Shown here piece after piece: positions 9,599 to 22,695 of a DNA stretch of 64,000 nt. The notes under the pieces are model-generated. The model was not told the DNA's origin. It saw only the letters and a list, made by a program, of their open reading frames with translations, and did not search any database. The first letter of the stretch is position 1; each line of letters begins with the position of its first letter. Source of the DNA: an uncultured Acidobacteriota bacterium. GTDB taxonomy: Bacteria; Acidobacteriota; Thermoanaerobaculia; Multivoradales; SZUA-115. Both the position numbers and the translations under genes were made by a program. The DNA lies in contig CAWDVR010000004.1 in NCBI GenBank assembly GCA_963805975.1, positions 256,001 through 320,000 of the forward strand. The letters run 5' to 3'.

Positions 9599-10102
9599 TC
9601 ACTGGCGACTCTTGCGCCTCCACACGTCCCACGTGAACGGCCCCGCTTCCTCATCAGGGATCGGGTGGCCCGCGATCTTGAGCGCCAGCTTGATCTGGCC
9701 GTGATGGTAGCCCTCGTGCCACAGCATGAGCTGGAGCATCAGGATCGGGTGGTCGTAGTTGAGGTCCAGGTCCCGGCCTTCGAGCACCCTCCCCTTCACC
9801 GCGTCCCGCACCGCCTGGGCGCTCTCGGTCAGCATCTGCGCAATGCGATCACGGTCGCGCTCGGCCAGCCACTCGTCCTCTGGTACGCCCCTGGCGAACT
9901 CAGGAGCCTCCTCGAAGACGGAGACGAGCCGCTCGTGGTGAATGTGCGTGAACTGCTGCGCGACGGACGGGCTGCTCTCCGTCGCCCTGGCTTCCAGCCC
10001 GCCCTCGGAGAGAGCGCGCAGCAGACCGAGCATGATGGCGTTGTTCCGGTCCCAGGAATCGAGCAGCGCCTCGAGCAGAGGCTGCTCTCTTGCATCCGAC
10101 AT
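9599..10102 (-). CDS. DinB family protein
   Basis: HIHHER and WHEGYHHGQI metal-binding His pattern. Confidence 0.8.
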   Translation of the reverse strand: MSDAREQPLLEALLDSWDRNNAIMLGLLRALSEGGLEARATESSPSVAQQFTHIHHERLVSVFEEAPEFARGVPEDEWLAERDRDRIAQMLTESAQAVRDAVKGRVLEGRDLDLNYDHPILMLQLMLWHEGYHHGQIKLALKIAGHPIPDEEAGPFTWDVWRRKSRQ

Positions 10103-10142
10103 GTCTACCTCCGGTGTCGTGCAGCAGAGGAGGAGCTTGGTT

Positions 10143-11473
10143 CTACTCGCGCACCAACCCCAACGCGACCTTGAGCCGGAACCACACGTTCCGCATCTTC
10201 CAGAAGAGGCTCTTCTCCATGCCGGCCACGTGGCGGTGGAGGCCGGTGACGATCCACTTGTGGTACGCGATCTCGCGGTCGAGCGAGGCGAGCTTCTCGT
10301 CCTGCCAATCGATCCGCTTCCGGGCCGACCACAGGAGCGCGGACTCGAGGCTCCCGGCGTAGAGCAGCCGGGCCGGCCCGCGCGGGCCTCGAGCGCGCAC
10401 CAGCACGGTCACCGCCGAGCGCGAGCGCCTAGCCGGCACCGGGCAGCGAAGCTCCCAGCCCACGGTCTGCCGCGGTTCGATCTTGTAGGCCTCGGCCACG
10501 TCCTGCCGCAACCCGAAAGCGCGGCAGGAACCGGCGCTCCGGCCGTCGATCTCGACCGAGATCTCGTCGATGCCGGCACCCCAGTACGGATCGGCCGCCC
10601 AGCCGCGGACGAAGAGCCGGTCCGGCGCTTCGAGCTCGAAGCCTTCGATGTACCCCTCCAGGTCGCCCGTGAAGGCGAGGCCCGAGAAATCCACACCCGG
10701 CTCGCGCGCCACGAGGTAGAGATCCTGGTGGTTGGCGAGGGCGCGCGGGATGCGGTGGCAGGAGAGCCCGGGGTCGATCGCCCCGAGCCGCCGGCGCACG
10801 AAGGCCTCGCTCACCCAGGTCGAGCCGTACTCCTCCTTGGCCAGGGAATCGCTCTCCGAGACGGCGTGGAAGAGAAGGCCGTTCTCGGGCAGGGTCTCGC
10901 CGTCGAGCAGGCTCTCGTCGTGGGTCGAGAAGACGAGCAGGCCGCCGGGAGCGAGCACGCCGACCAGTGTTTCGAGCCAGGCGCCGAAGGTGGGCTCTGG
11001 CAGGTGGGTGAAGAGCGAGGTGACGAAGATAGCGTCGAAGCGGTCCTCGCAGCGGAAGTCCTCCGCCCGCGCCGTCGAGACCAGGCCCTGGACGCCGAGC
11101 TCGCGGCGTTGGAACTCCACCGCTTCGGGCAGGATCTCGGCGATCGCGATGCGCTCGGCAGGGAGCGCATGGGCCAGGTGCCGGGTGACCCGCCCGTAGC
11201 CGCTCGCGAAGTCGAGCAGGCGGCCGATGCCCGACCACGAGCCGAACCGCCAGGAGACGATCTGCGAGAGAGCGTGGAAGATCCGGAGACCGCTCGTGAA
11301 GTAGGCGACCAGGGCTTGGTCGCGATCGCCTTCGTGCACGGCAACCAGGAAGGCCAGCATCTCGTCGCGCTCGTCGATCGAGCGGCAGATCCCGGCGCCC
11401 GCATCCGGCTCTGCCGCGAGCACGGCATCGAGCAGCGGGTGGGGCTCACTGTCGTCGAAGGCGAGGGAAGTCA

Positions 11474-11474
<1 letters not shown>
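10143..11474 (-). CDS. Class I SAM-dependent methyltransferase with C-terminal beta domain and coiled coil
   Basis: LLDFASGYGR motif I, FDAIFVTSLFTHL, LAPGGLLVFSTH; start overlaps the pilR stop (TAGTG). Confidence 0.8.
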
Positions 11475-12880
<1,406 letters not shown>

Positions 12881-12885
12881 GGGGC

Positions 12886-14544
12886 TCACGGCGCGGCCTC
12901 CGCCAGGGCGGCGGCGACGGGCATGGCGAGCAGCGTGACGGTGATCGTGGTCCCGGAGCCGGGCGAGCTGTCGACCGACATCTCGCCGCCGTGCTCCTCG
13001 ACGATGCGGTAGACGATGGCCATGCCGATGCCGGTGCCGGAGTCGAAGAAGGACTGGAAGGGATGGAAGAGGTTGGCGCGCTCCTCCTCGGACATGCCGC
13101 GGCCGGTGTCGGCGAAGCGCATGCGGTAGCGGTCGTCGTCGAGCCGGCCGGAGATCGCGAGGCTCCCCCCCGAAGGCATGGCCTTGAGCGCGTTGCGCGC
13201 CAGGTTCCAGAAGATCTGGCTGATCTGGTCCGGGTCGCCGACCAGGGCGGCGCTCGGCGGGTCGACGTCGAGCGAGACGGTGTGGCCGGGCGAGACCTCG
13301 GGGCTGTTGGCGAGGAGCGCCACGTTCTCGGAGAGCAGCGAGGCGATGTCGAAGGTCACGCTCGAACGATCGCGGGGCCGGGCGAAGCGTAGGAAACCCT
13401 TGATCGTGCGGTCCAGGCGCTGGCTCTCCTTGAGCAGGATGTCGAGCAGCTTCTTCTCGCTCGCGGTGCGGCCGGCGGAGTGCGCCAGCATCTGCACCGA
13501 GCCGGAGATCGCCGCCAGGGGATTGCCGATCTCGTGCGCCAGGCCAGCCGCGAGCTCGCCCACCGCCGCCATGCGGTCCTTGATCCGCACCTCTTCCTCG
13601 AGCTTCCGCCAGCGGGTGAGATCCTGGAAGATCACGATGTAGCCGCGGTGCGAGCCGTCGCTGTCGGTCAGGCGCGAGATGTTGAAGCCGAGCTCGATGG
13701 GCTGGCCGTCCCTCAGCACCCGCAGCTCGGACCGCATGCGCCCGGCTTTGCCGGAGGCGCCCGTGAACTCCTGCCACTGCACGGGGGTGAAGAGCGCCGA
13801 CTCGAAGATCGCCCGGCCGACGAGCTCCTCCTCGCCCAGGCCCAGGATGCGCCGGCCGGTGCGGTTCAAAGTGGTGATGCGCCCCGCGAGGTCCGTGGTG
13901 AAGAGGCCGCTGGGGATCGACTCGATGACGTCCCGGTGCACGATCTGGAGGTCCGCCAGGTCCTCGCGCTGGCTCTCGAGCGCACCCTCGGCCTTGAGCG
14001 CCCGGCTGGTCAGCCGCGAGGTGAGGAGCGCCACGGCGTAGAACCCCAGCAGGTTGACGAACAGGCTGTAGGCGAGGCGAGGCGACAGGCCCTCCACCAC
14101 GCCGCCGGTCGGGCTCCGCACCCAACCGAAGGCCAGCCCGAGCTGCAGCGTGGCGTAGCAGAGGGCGGCGGCCGAGGCCACGGCGATCCCCGCCCGCTGC
14201 CCGAGGAGCGTCGAGGCGGCGATGATGATCACCAGGTAGAAGGGCGAGAACGGGCTGCCGGCACCGAACTGGTAGAGCAGCGCCGTGACCAGCGCCAGGT
14301 CGCCGACGAACTGGATGTAGGCCTGGACCTGGGGCGCCCGCGCCAGCCAGGACAGCAGCGCGATGTAGACCAGGGTGGCGACGCAGGTGGCGCCGAAGAG
14401 CTGGCCGAAAAAACCCGGCGCCGGCCCCGAGAGGCTGGTCTCCGCCCCGGACAGCCGCCCCAGGTAGTAGGGCAGCGCCATGCTGGTGATGACCACCAGC
14501 CGCAAGCCGATGTACCAGCGGAGCTGTCGTTCGAGGGTGGACAT
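12886..14544 (-). CDS. pilS: PilS-like sensor histidine kinase (TM region, PAS, HisKA, HATPase)
   Basis: AHEIGNPL H-box, NLARNA N-box, DTGRG and GTGIG G-boxes; downstream of pilC. Confidence 0.8.
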   Translation of the reverse strand: MSTLERQLRWYIGLRLVVITSMALPYYLGRLSGAETSLSGPAPGFFGQLFGATCVATLVYIALLSWLARAPQVQAYIQFVGDLALVTALLYQFGAGSPFSPFYLVIIIAASTLLGQRAGIAVASAAALCYATLQLGLAFGWVRSPTGGVVEGLSPRLAYSLFVNLLGFYAVALLTSRLTSRALKAEGALESQREDLADLQIVHRDVIESIPSGLFTTDLAGRITTLNRTGRRILGLGEEELVGRAIFESALFTPVQWQEFTGASGKAGRMRSELRVLRDGQPIELGFNISRLTDSDGSHRGYIVIFQDLTRWRKLEEEVRIKDRMAAVGELAAGLAHEIGNPLAAISGSVQMLAHSAGRTASEKKLLDILLKESQRLDRTIKGFLRFARPRDRSSVTFDIASLLSENVALLANSPEVSPGHTVSLDVDPPSAALVGDPDQISQIFWNLARNALKAMPSGGSLAISGRLDDDRYRMRFADTGRGMSEEERANLFHPFQSFFDSGTGIGMAIVYRIVEEHGGEMSVDSSPGSGTTITVTLLAMPVAAALAEAAP

Positions 14545-14601
14545 CGTCTGTCAGAGAGCGGCAGGCCGGGCGCCACCGGCCGGCCTGCCGCCGCGAGAAC
14601 C

Positions 14602-15807
<1,206 letters not shown>

Positions 15808-15809
15808 GG

Positions 15810-16922
15810 CTAGCTCCTCACTTCCGCTCGCATCATCATCGGCGTCGCCGCTTCGGCTCCGCGGGCGATCATCTCTTGCAGCTCCTCGGGGTACGACGAG
15901 CGCGCGAGCCCGACCTGCAGGGTGATCATGCGCTTGAAGTACAACGCGGCGAGAGACTGGTTGAAGGTCATCATGCCGTGCTTGGCCTGGCCGGTCTGCA
16001 TCATGCCGTAGATCTGGTGCACCTTGTCCTCGCGAATCAAGTTGCGGATCGCCGCGTTGGGCACCAGGACCTCCATCGCCAGCACGCGACCGCGGCCGGT
16101 CGCCCGCGGCAGGAGCGACTGGCAGACGATGCCCTCGAGCACGAAGGAGAGCTGGACCCGGATCTGCCCCTGCTGGTGGGCGGGAAAGATGTCCACGATG
16201 CGGTTGATGGTCTGGGCGGCGGAGTTAGTGTGCAGGGTGGCGAAGGTCAGATGGCCGGTCTCCGCGATGCGCAGCGCCGCCTCCACGGTCTCGAAGTCGC
16301 GCATCTCGCCGATCAGCACCACGTCCGGGTCCTCGCGCAGCGCCGAGCGCAGGGCGTTCGAGAAACTGTGGGTGTCGGCGTGCAGCTCACGCTGGTTGAC
16401 CATGCACTTCTTGTGGCCGTGCAGGTACTCGATTGGATCCTCGATGGTGACGATGTGCTCGTGGCGCTCGCGGTTGACCTTGTCGATCATCGCCGCGAGC
16501 GTCGTCGACTTGCCGGAGCCCGTGGGGCCGGTGACCAGCACCAGGCCGCGCGGCTTCTCGCACAGCGTCTCGATCACCCCCGGCAGGCCGAGCTCGCGGA
16601 AGCCCCGGATCTCGAACGGGATGCGGCGGAAGGCGCCGGCGATGGCGCCGCGCTGATGGTAAATGTTGGCGCGGAAGCGGGCCAGGTTCTTGATGCCGAA
16701 GGAGAAGTCGATCTCCAGGTTCTCCTCCAGCCGGTGCTTCTGCTGGTCGGTCAGGATCGAGTAAGCGAGCTGTTTGGTCTCGGACGGGTTCAAGGCCGGC
16801 TGGTTCAAGGCCTTCAACTGGCCGTCGATACGGACCTGGGGCGGAGCGTTGGTGGTGATGTGGAGGTCAGACCCCCCCTGATCCACCATCTCCTTCAGCA
16901 TTTGGCTGAGCGACAGCGCCAT
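15810..16922 (-). CDS. pilT: Type IV pilus retraction ATPase PilT
   Basis: GPTGSGKST, TIEDPIE, LREDPD, AETGH, TLHT, AIRNLIRE. Confidence 0.95.
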   Translation of the reverse strand: MALSLSQMLKEMVDQGGSDLHITTNAPPQVRIDGQLKALNQPALNPSETKQLAYSILTDQQKHRLEENLEIDFSFGIKNLARFRANIYHQRGAIAGAFRRIPFEIRGFRELGLPGVIETLCEKPRGLVLVTGPTGSGKSTTLAAMIDKVNRERHEHIVTIEDPIEYLHGHKKCMVNQRELHADTHSFSNALRSALREDPDVVLIGEMRDFETVEAALRIAETGHLTFATLHTNSAAQTINRIVDIFPAHQQGQIRVQLSFVLEGIVCQSLLPRATGRGRVLAMEVLVPNAAIRNLIREDKVHQIYGMMQTGQAKHGMMTFNQSLAALYFKRMITLQVGLARSSYPEELQEMIARGAEAATPMMMRAEVRS

Positions 16923-17083
16923 GCGAGCCTGCTTTCCTGGGACGGCTTATGCGTTTCGACGGATGAGTCTACACGATGGCCCTGGGGGCTGCCAGGGGCC
17001 CCGGTTTTTGGGGGTTCTGGAGCCTCCGGCCGGGGTGGGAGCGCGGCTCGATGCCGTCGTCGGGGCCGGTCCGCGACCGCGGA

Positions 17084-17266
17084 TCAGGCCACCGGCTCGG
17101 GCTCGCCGGGCACTTCTGCTGTGGGGACAGCCTCTCCGGTGTCGGCTGCCGGCTCGGCGCCCTGTTGCCGGCGCTCCAACCGTTTCGCCGACTTCTGTCG
17201 CTGCTTTTCCCGGCGTTCGGATTCCCGCTGGCGCTTCGCAAACGTCTGGTTGGTTCTCTTGGCCAT
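17084..17266 (-). CDS. Small basic hypothetical protein
   Basis: AGGAGG RBS; MAKRTNQTFAKRQRE..RREKQ..K..R.ERR coiled pattern. Confidence 0.6.
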   Translation of the reverse strand: MAKRTNQTFAKRQRESERREKQRQKSAKRLERRQQGAEPAADTGEAVPTAEVPGEPEPVA

Positions 17267-17330
17267 CACGCCCTCCTGCTGTCGTAGGACGGCGCTCCAG
17301 GGCAGCCACTAGGACGACAACGGCCTCATT

Positions 17331-17663
17331 TTAGCCATTCTTGCCCGAGCGTGGCGATCGGGGGTCCGGAGAGCTCATCAACACGAACGCCGGGATCCCG
17401 AATCCCAGCCCGCCCACCAGGCTCAGCCCGACGAAGGTTTTCCAGCCCCAGCGGCCGCTCGGCCGCGAGGAGAAGAAGACCGCGAGCAAGCCCGTCACGA
17501 GGAAGGCCTCGACGACGAAGGCGAGCGTCACCGGGTGGCGCAGGGCGGCGATCAGCTCCGGCCAGCGAAACAGGGCGTAGTAGATGAAGACGCCGTTGGG
17601 GCCGAGCAGGCCGAAGAGCGCCACGAGGCCGAGCCAGGCTCGTTGAGTCGATGAAAGAGTCAT
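17331..17663 (-). CDS. Small 3-TM membrane protein
   Basis: GGAGG RBS, three hydrophobic segments. Confidence 0.6.
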   Translation of the reverse strand: MTLSSTQRAWLGLVALFGLLGPNGVFIYYALFRWPELIAALRHPVTLAFVVEAFLVTGLLAVFFSSRPSGRWGWKTFVGLSLVGGLGFGIPAFVLMSSPDPRSPRSGKNG

Positions 17664-17742
17664 CTGGGCCTCCTGTCTCCGGATGTGCTCCGGCAGCTCC
17701 TACGTCCAAGGCCAGTGGGGCCTGATGCTATCGTCCCTGGCC

Positions 17743-19596
17743 GTGAGCGACGCAGCCTCCTCGCAGGACGAAGAAGTCCTCGGCAAAGCCTACGACGGCC
17801 GCCTGATGCGGCGCCTCTTGGCCTACGTGCGGCCCTATCGGGGGCAGACCGCGCTCGCCGTGGCGCTGATCGGGCTGTCGTCCCTGCTGCGGCTGGTGGG
17901 GCCGCTCGCCACCGCGGTGGCCCTCGACCTCTTCATCCAGCCGCCCGCGGATGGCGACTCTCTGTCCGGGGTCAGCGCCTGGATCGCCGAGCGTTTCTCG
18001 CCGCTGCCCGCGCCCGAGGAGGGGCTTCTCTGGGCGGCCGGTGTTTTCCTGGTGTCGCTCGTTGCCACCTTCTTCGTGCTCTTCGCCCAGAGCACGGTGA
18101 TGCAGAACATGGGGCAGCGCATCATGTACGACCTGCGGCGCGAGATCTTCGGCCGCTTCCAGGCGCTGCCCGTCCGCTACTTCGACAGGAACCCCATCGG
18201 CCGCCTGGTGACGCGGGTGACGAGCGACGTCGACTCGTTGAACGAGCTCTTCACCTCCGGGCTGGTGTCGATCTTCGGCGATCTGATGCTCCTGGCCGGC
18301 ATCGTGGTGGTGCTGTTCCTGATGAGCTGGCAGCTCGCCATCGCCACCTTCGCCATCCTGCCGCTGCTCTTCGCCCTCTCGTTCTGGTTCAAGATCAAGG
18401 CGCGCCACTGGTTCCGCGAGGTGCGGGTGCGCATCGCCAAGATCAACGCCTACCTGCAGGAGCACCTCACCGGCATGTCCGTGGTGCAGCTCTTCAACCG
18501 CGAGGCGCGGTCCGACGCCGAGTTCTCGCGGCTGGCCGAGGACCACCGCCAGGCCAACGTCCATTCGATCTTCTACTACGCCATCTACTACCCGACCGTC
18601 GAGCTGATCAACGCGCTGGGTCTGGCGCTCATCGTCTGGTACGGCGGCGGCAAGGTGCTCGCAGGCGTGCTCTCGCTGGGGGCGCTGGTGGCCTTTTTCC
18701 AGTATGCCCAGCGCTTCTACGAGCCGCTCGCCGACCTCTCGGAGAAGTACAACATCCTGCAGGCGGCGATGGCCTCCTCCGAGCGCATCTTCAAGGTGAT
18801 CGACACGCCCTCGGACTTGACGACGCCGGAGGTGGCCCACCGGCCGGAGGTCGTGCGCGGGTCGATCGACTTCGAAAACGTGAGCTTCGCCTACGTCCCC
18901 GGCGAGCCGGTGCTCGAGGAGCTCTCCTTCTCGATCGCCGCCGGCGAGACGGTGGCGGTGGTCGGGCACACCGGCGCCGGCAAGTCGACGCTCGCCAACC
19001 TACTGCTGCGCTTCTACGACGTCGACAGCGGCGCCGTGAAAGTGGACGGCGTCGACGTGCGCCAGTGGGAGCTCTCGCGGCTGCGCGAGTCGATCGGCAT
19101 GGTGCTGCAGGACGTCTTTCTCTTCGCCGGCACGGTGCGGGAGAACATCGGCCTGGGCGCCGAGTGGATCGACGAGGCGCGGCTCGAGTGGGCGGCGGCC
19201 GAGGTGCAGGCCCTGCCCTTCATCCGCCGCCTGCCGGGGGAGCTCGGTGCCGTGGTGCGCGAGCGGGGAGCGGGCCTCTCGGTGGGCCAGAAGCAGCTCA
19301 TCTCCTTCGCGCGGGCGCTCGCCTTCGACCCCAAGATCCTGATCCTGGACGAGGCCACGGCCTCGATCGACACCGAGACCGAGCAGCTCATCCAGCGCGC
19401 CCTCGACCGCCTGCTCGAGGGGCGCACCAGCCTGGTGATCGCCCACCGGCTGTCGACCATCCAGCGCGCCGATCGCATCCTGGTGATGCACCGGGGCCGC
19501 CTGCGCGAGCAGGGCACCCACCAGGAGCTCCTGGCGCTCCGCGGCATCTACCACCGCCTCTACCAGCTCCAGTTCCGCGAGCAGGCGGTGGCGTAG
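17743..19596 (+). CDS. ABC exporter, fused permease/ATP-binding protein (MsbA/MdlB-like)
   Basis: TM domain, GHTGAGKS Walker A, LSVGQKQ signature, LILDEATA Walker B; start uncertain. Confidence 0.93.
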   Translation: MSDAASSQDEEVLGKAYDGRLMRRLLAYVRPYRGQTALAVALIGLSSLLRLVGPLATAVALDLFIQPPADGDSLSGVSAWIAERFSPLPAPEEGLLWAAGVFLVSLVATFFVLFAQSTVMQNMGQRIMYDLRREIFGRFQALPVRYFDRNPIGRLVTRVTSDVDSLNELFTSGLVSIFGDLMLLAGIVVVLFLMSWQLAIATFAILPLLFALSFWFKIKARHWFREVRVRIAKINAYLQEHLTGMSVVQLFNREARSDAEFSRLAEDHRQANVHSIFYYAIYYPTVELINALGLALIVWYGGGKVLAGVLSLGALVAFFQYAQRFYEPLADLSEKYNILQAAMASSERIFKVIDTPSDLTTPEVAHRPEVVRGSIDFENVSFAYVPGEPVLEELSFSIAAGETVAVVGHTGAGKSTLANLLLRFYDVDSGAVKVDGVDVRQWELSRLRESIGMVLQDVFLFAGTVRENIGLGAEWIDEARLEWAAAEVQALPFIRRLPGELGAVVRERGAGLSVGQKQLISFARALAFDPKILILDEATASIDTETEQLIQRALDRLLEGRTSLVIAHRLSTIQRADRILVMHRGRLREQGTHQELLALRGIYHRLYQLQFREQAVA

Positions 19597-19619
19597 CGTC
19601 TCACCGCCAGGAGGCTCGG

Positions 19620-20917
19620 TCAGGAATCAGCGGGTGATTCGGCCGGTGCCCGCCGCAGCGCATAGATCCCCAGCCCCACCACCAGCGCCACTGCCGCCGC
19701 GGCGAGGTTTCTCGGACCGGCGCTCGCCCCCAGGCCCACGGCCACGAGAGCAGCCGCGGTCGGGATCACGGGTCCGCCGGGCAGCCGCATGGCCCCGGGG
19801 GGCGTGCCGAGCTTGCGGCGGAGCACCGGCACGGCGAGCGCCGTCGCCAGGTACGCGCTGAGCCTCGCCAGCACCGAGAGGGCGGCCAGGCCGGTGAAAG
19901 AGCCGGAGAGCGCCAGCGGCAGGCCGACCGCGGTCTGCACCAGGATCGCCGCCGCCGGCGTGTGGAACCGGGGATGGATCGTGGCCAGCCACCGCGGCCC
20001 GAACCCGTCCCGCGCCAGGGCGAAGAGGTAGCGCGGCCCGGCGAGCACGGTGTTGCCGTTGGTGCCGAGGATCGCCACCACCGCGCCCACGGTGAGCAGC
20101 CAGCCGGCCCAGCGCCCGAGGAAGAGCCGCGAGGCGTCGGCGAGCGGCGTCGGCGACGAGCCGAGGGCCGGCAGCGTGCCGAGGGCCACCCACTGCACGG
20201 CGAGGTAGAGGGTGGTGACCAGCGCGATCTCGGTCAAGAGAGCGAACGGCAGGTCGCGCCGCGGCCGGCTGGCGCCGGGGTGTTCTCGAAGCCGGCGTAG
20301 GCGAAGAGCAGGAGGAACGCCGCCTCGGCCCAGCGCCCCGGCCTGGTGACCTCCTGCGCCACGGCCACGTCCCAGGAGGCGACGAAGATCCCGACGCCGA
20401 CGAAGACCGCGAGCGGCAGGAGCTTCCCCACCACCAGCACCATGGCGGTGGCGACGCCCGACCGGACCCCGACGACATTGATGGCGGTCAGCACCAGCAG
20501 AGGCAGTGCGATCGCCAGCGTGCGCCCGAGGCCGCTTCCGGCCGCCGGCACCAGGTAGGTGAGCGCCTGGGCGAAGCCGACCCCCAGCGAGGCCAGGGAG
20601 GCGACGCGGGCGAGCCAGGTCATCCACCCCACCTCGAAGCCCACGAGGTCACCGAAGGCGGTGCGCGCGTAGAGGTAGGCGCTCCCCGGCTCTTCGAAGT
20701 GGGTCGCGGCCTCGGCGAAGCAGAGCACGATCAAGAGCACCGCCGCTCCGGCCACGGCCACGGCGGCGAGGCTCGCCGGCCCCAGGAAGGCGGCGGTCGC
20801 CGCCGGCAGCAGGTAGACGCCGCTGCCCACCACGTCGTTGAGCGCCAGGCCCACGATCTGCCAGCGCGACACCACGCGCTCGAGCCGCGGTGTGCCTCGG
20901 TCGCTCCCCTGGGTCAT
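19620..20917 (-). pseudogene. APC family amino acid permease, frameshifted near 20260 (possible sequencing error)
   Basis: N-half (VGSGVYLLPA...FAYAGFENTPAPAG) and C-half (RRDLPFAL...RFHTP) lie in different frames; the usual E..NP linker is missing. Confidence 0.8.
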
Positions 20918-22641
20918 GGCGCCTTGGGCCATGGCCGTGGGTCATGGCTGGGGGGCTTCACCACCCCGGCCGCGCCGGCGCCCCGCGGCTCGGTGGCGGC
21001 CTCGGCCGTCCCGTCCGCCAGGCGCCGCACCGCGTTGACCCGGGCCGAGGACGGCTTGACGTTGATCCGGTGGCCGCGGCGCTCGAGCTCGGCGCGGGTC
21101 TCGGGCGAGAGCGCGTCCGCCTCGGCGCGCAGCTCGTCCGGCAGCCATTGGTGGTGGAGGCGGGGGCGGTGGATCGCCTCCTGGAGGCCGTCGCCGTCGG
21201 CGATCACGTGGAGCAGCACCTGCATGGTGTCGGTCGGGATCAGCGAGCCGCCGCGGCCCCCCAACGCGATCACCTCGCCATCCCGCCAGGCGAGCGTGGG
21301 GCTCATCGAGGAGAGCATGCGCCGTCCCGGCCGGATGGCATTGGCCTCGCCCTGCACCAAGCCGTAGGCATTCGGCTGGCCCGGCACGGCGGCGAAGTCG
21401 TCCATGTCGTTGCTCAGGAAATAGCCGGCCCCCGGCACGTAGAGGCGGCTGCCGAAGAGCTCGTTGAGCGTGGTAGTGAGGGCCGCCAGGTTCCCCTGGC
21501 CGTCCACCACGGAGACGTGCGTCGTGTTCATGCTTTCGGCCGGACCGGCCTCCGGGGCCCGGAGCGACTCGGAAGGGGTCGCCCGATGCGGGTCGATGCT
21601 CGCGGCGGCGCGCGCCAGGGCGTCCTCGGCCAGCAGGTCCGCCGGGGTGCGGTGGGTGGTCTCCGGGTCGCCCAGCTCATAGCGGTCGGCGTAGGCGCGG
21701 CGCCAGGTCTCGGCCAAGAGGTGGGCGCGGTCGGCCCCGAAGCGCGGCAGGCGCGCGAAGCCGAGGCGTTCGAGGAGCGCCAAGCTCTTCGCGAAGATCA
21801 CCCCGCCCGACGACGGCAGCGGCATGCCGGCCAGCTCCCAGCCGAGCGCCCGGTAGCGCAACGGCTCCCGCCACACCGCACGGTAGGCGGCGAGGTCGGC
21901 CGCGGTGAGGATGCCGCCGTGCCGGCGCGACACCGCCTCGACGGCCGCGGCGGGCGCGCCGGTGGTGACTCCTTCCGGCCCGCGCTCGGCATAGGCGGCG
22001 AGCGTTCGGGAGAGATCGCCGAGGACGATCCGGGCGCCGACCGGCAACGGCTCGCCACCGTGGAACCAGACCGCGGTGGTCTCTGGAAATCGGGACAGCT
22101 TCTCGCGCTCCGCCACCAGCCGGCCGTGCAGCCAGCGGCTCACCTGGAAGCCCTCCGCCGCGAGCCTCTGGGCCGGTTCCACTACTTGCTTCCAGGGCAG
22201 CCGGCCGAAGCGCCCGTGGAGAGCGAAGAGCCCCTGCGGCGTGCCTGGCACGCCGGCGGCGAGCGCGCCCACCGTCGAGGCCCCGGGGACCGGCCGGCCC
22301 TCTCCGTCGAGGAACATTCCCCGCGTGGCCGCCGCTGGCGCCACCTCGCGGAAATCGAGCGCCGCCAGCTCGCCGTTCATCCGCACCATCGCGAAACCGC
22401 CACCGCCCAGATTGCCGGCCTCTGGAAAAGTGACGGCCAGGGCGAGGGCGGTGGCCACCGCGGCGTCGACAGCGTTGCCGCCGGCGCGGAGCATCGAGAG
22501 GCCGGCCTCGGTGGCGTGGGCCTCCTCCGAGACCACGGCACCGTCCGTGCCGCGCAAGGCCGGCGGCGCGGCAGCCTGGGAAGCAGGCGCGGCGAGCGCG
22601 ACCGCCAGACCGAGAGCAAGGGCGAAGCGAGGCAGAGTCAT
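20914..22641 (-). CDS. ggt: Gamma-glutamyltransferase
   Basis: Signal peptide, GGNAVDAAVA, GNLGGGGF, nucleophile TTHVSVVD, LSSMSP, GGRGG. Confidence 0.93.
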   Translation of the reverse strand: MTLPRFALALGLAVALAAPASQAAAPPALRGTDGAVVSEEAHATEAGLSMLRAGGNAVDAAVATALALAVTFPEAGNLGGGGFAMVRMNGELAALDFREVAPAAATRGMFLDGEGRPVPGASTVGALAAGVPGTPQGLFALHGRFGRLPWKQVVEPAQRLAAEGFQVSRWLHGRLVAEREKLSRFPETTAVWFHGGEPLPVGARIVLGDLSRTLAAYAERGPEGVTTGAPAAAVEAVSRRHGGILTAADLAAYRAVWREPLRYRALGWELAGMPLPSSGGVIFAKSLALLERLGFARLPRFGADRAHLLAETWRRAYADRYELGDPETTHRTPADLLAEDALARAAASIDPHRATPSESLRAPEAGPAESMNTTHVSVVDGQGNLAALTTTLNELFGSRLYVPGAGYFLSNDMDDFAAVPGQPNAYGLVQGEANAIRPGRRMLSSMSPTLAWRDGEVIALGGRGGSLIPTDTMQVLLHVIADGDGLQEAIHRPRLHHQWLPDELRAEADALSPETRAELERRGHRINVKPSSARVNAVRRLADGTAEAATEPRGAGAAGVVKPPSHDPRPWPKAP

Positions 22642-22695
22642 GGGGCCCTCCCGGCCGCGAAGTCTCTCACGCGCATGCCATACTGCCGGCCCATC

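Noticed and set aside
20890-22695. N-terminal 600 aa of the 1103-aa ORF
   Set aside because: Antisense to ggt; the real acyl-CoA synthetase starts at about 22696.
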